This document shows positions 4,963 to 5,971 of a stretch of 5,971 bases of DNA, piece after piece. The first letter of the stretch is position 1. Every line of letters starts with the position of its first letter. The position numbers and the translations under genes are program-made. Source of the stretch: Nitrososphaerota archaeon (GTDB taxonomy: Archaea > Thermoproteota > Nitrososphaeria > Nitrososphaerales > UBA57); contig PAVW01000009.1 in the NCBI GenBank assembly GCA_002713205.1, positions 69,871 to 75,841 of the forward strand, read 5' to 3'. The notes beneath the pieces were generated by a model that was not told the origin of the DNA, searched no databases, and saw only the letters and a program-made list of their open reading frames with translations.

Positions 4963-5913
4963 TTACTCAATTTTTTTTATATTATTATAAATATTATCAG
5001 TTAATTCTTTATACTTGCCAATTTTATTGATTTTATTAATTCCATGTTCTTTCCTTGATGAAGCAATAGCCATTGCCATTGAAATTGACCACAATATGTT
5101 TTCGCCTTTCAAAAACATTGTTAAAAATACGCCGTTAAATATATCTCCTAATCCTATTCTATCTTTTAATTTATTGTAATTTGGATTTCTTATAAAGAAA
5201 ATTTTATTTTCATTTAATAAATATGCATTATTATTTTCTAATGTTCCTAAGACTATTTGGTATTTTTTTGCAAGTAATTTTAAAATTAGTTTAAAATTAT
5301 TGATCTTTGAAATTGAATATGACTCTTGCTCACTAATTTTTATAATATTTGTTTTTGGTAAATCATATATTTTTATATTTTTTTGATTACATAAACCATT
5401 TTTATTGAATTTTCGTATATAACCTTGTGGATCTAACATTGTGATTTCAGATATTGAATTAATTTTTATATTTAGATTTATTGGAATTTCATTTACAATA
5501 GGACTTATTAGTATTCCGTTTAAATTTTTAAATTGAAATTGATTTAATTTTATATTTTCACATTTATTTATTAATTTCATTTGTTTATTTTGTTTTGAAA
5601 TATTTATTTGAAATTGTGTTGTTTTTTTATTTTTTACAACATCATTATTTGAGTAATTCAGTTTATTTTGATTTAACCATTTAAAATATGAATTGGGAAA
5701 ATCTTTTCCAATTTTTGTAATAATATTGATTTTAGCTCCTAGAAGTTGTGATACTAATCCTGAATAACATGGTGGTCCTCCTATTGAATTAAAACTATAA
5801 TCGTTGTCAATTATATTATCAATTGATATATGCCCAATAATTCCGATATTTACTCTCAATATTGTTATTATTCTTTTTATATTATTATAAATATGGAATA
5901 TATTTTCATACAA
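4963..5913 (-). CDS. pfkB/ribokinase-family carbohydrate kinase (short subfamily; substrate not assignable)
   Basis: NIGIIGHISID...IGGPPCYSGLVSQLLGAKINIITKIG is the N-terminal beta-strand plus di-glycine motif of pfkB kinases. DRIGLGDIFNGVFLTMFL (nt 5131-5163 and downstream) is the C-terminal D..G.GD signature with the catalytic Asp retained. There is no in-frame ATG or GTG before residue 112. The start must therefore be TTG 5911-5913 (the first after the upstream stop at 5938-5940) or TTG 5857-5859. The second gives MRVNIGIIGH, a more typical pfkB N-terminus. TAA stop at 4963-4965. Confidence 0.85.
   Translation of the reverse strand: MYENIFHIYNNIKRIITILRVNIGIIGHISIDNIIDNDYSFNSIGGPPCYSGLVSQLLGAKINIITKIGKDFPNSYFKWLNQNKLNYSNNDVVKNKKTTQFQINISKQNKQMKLINKCENIKLNQFQFKNLNGILISPIVNEIPINLNIKINSISEITMLDPQGYIRKFNKNGLCNQKNIKIYDLPKTNIIKISEQESYSISKINNFKLILKLLAKKYQIVLGTLENNNAYLLNENKIFFIRNPNYNKLKDRIGLGDIFNGVFLTMFLKGENILWSISMAMAIASSRKEHGINKINKIGKYKELTDNIYNNIKKIE
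4974..4994. repeat. Copy 1 of an exact 21-bp direct repeat (TTTTTATATTATTATAAATAT; minus strand ATATTTATAATAATATAAAAA), in the last codons of the kinase ORF
   Basis: Identical to nt 5874-5894, with mismatches immediately flanking both ends (4973 t vs 5873 c; 4995 t vs 5895 g). The offset is exactly 900 bp. It encodes ..NIYNNIKK.. here. Confidence 0.8.
5874..5894. repeat. Copy 2 of the exact 21-bp direct repeat, at the 5' end of the kinase ORF and upstream of the alternative TTG start at 5859
   Basis: Identical to nt 4974-4994. On the minus strand it contains TTTATAAT, which ends 24 nt upstream of TTG 5859 (a TATA-like position). If the long ORF is used, it encodes ..HIYNNIKR.. instead. Confidence 0.8.
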
Positions 5914-5947
5914 TTGACTATAATTTGAATTTAATATTTATTCCTTG

Positions 5948-5957
5948 TATTTAAATA
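5948..5957. promoter_or_regulatory. Palindromic TATA-like element TATTTAAATA upstream of the kinase ORF; possible bidirectional promoter core
   Basis: It contains the archaeal consensus-like TTTAAATA on both strands. On the minus strand it is centred about 40 nt upstream of TTG 5913, predicting a leader of roughly 13 nt. On the plus strand it would drive a gene starting beyond the window end. The background is AT-rich, so specificity is low. Confidence 0.3.
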
Positions 5958-5971
5958 TCAATTTTTTACTC

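Noticed and set aside
4963-5913. Kinase gene flanked by 21-bp direct repeats, considered as a mobile element with target-site duplication
   Set aside because: There is no transposase, integrase or terminal inverted repeat. The repeats lie inside the ORF ends rather than outside the gene, and 21 bp is longer than typical target-site duplications. The observation is kept as a repeat finding but not called a mobile element.
1-5971. Scan for tRNA/rRNA genes, CRISPR arrays and G+C-rich structured-RNA islands
   Set aside because: No regularly spaced repeats and no locally G+C-rich stretch long enough for a tRNA or other structured RNA were seen. The non-coding sequence totals under about 200 nt and is accounted for by the spacers described in the features.

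Overview
Very AT-rich window (roughly a quarter G+C by eye), tightly packed with six real genes, all in sugar-phosphate or nucleotide-sugar metabolism. No rRNA, tRNA, CRISPR array or transposase is visible. On the + strand, a 5'-truncated GalT-like (HIT-superfamily) hexose-1-phosphate nucleotidyltransferase ends at 838. It converges on a five-gene minus-strand cluster, listed here in transcription order. First is a short pfkB-family sugar kinase (4963-5913). Second is a 322-aa protein with no recognisable family (3950-4918). Third is a canonical short sugar-1-phosphate nucleotidyltransferase (3188-3889). Fourth is a GlmU-like left-handed-beta-helix protein whose N-terminal nucleotidyltransferase-like domain lacks the GxGxR loop (1918-3195). 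Last is a bifunctional phosphoglucose/phosphomannose isomerase (860-1921). The last three genes overlap by 8 nt and 4 nt and look translationally coupled. The first two are each separated from the next gene by a short spacer holding a palindrome or hairpin, a T-tract, and a TATA-like box about 26-31 nt upstream of the next ATG. That spacing, the PGI/PMI family and the forced TTG starts suggest a low-GC archaeon, but the lineage cannot be fixed from sequence alone. The points most worth follow-up are listed below. (1) The orphan ORF carries a possible minimal pol-beta nucleotidyltransferase motif. (2) The canonical and degenerate nucleotidyltransferase genes are paired. (3) The GalT-like protein has a non-canonical first-half active-site motif. 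(4) An exact 21-bp direct repeat sits 900 bp apart at the two ends of the kinase ORF. All functional calls rest on motif recognition by eye; no searches were run.
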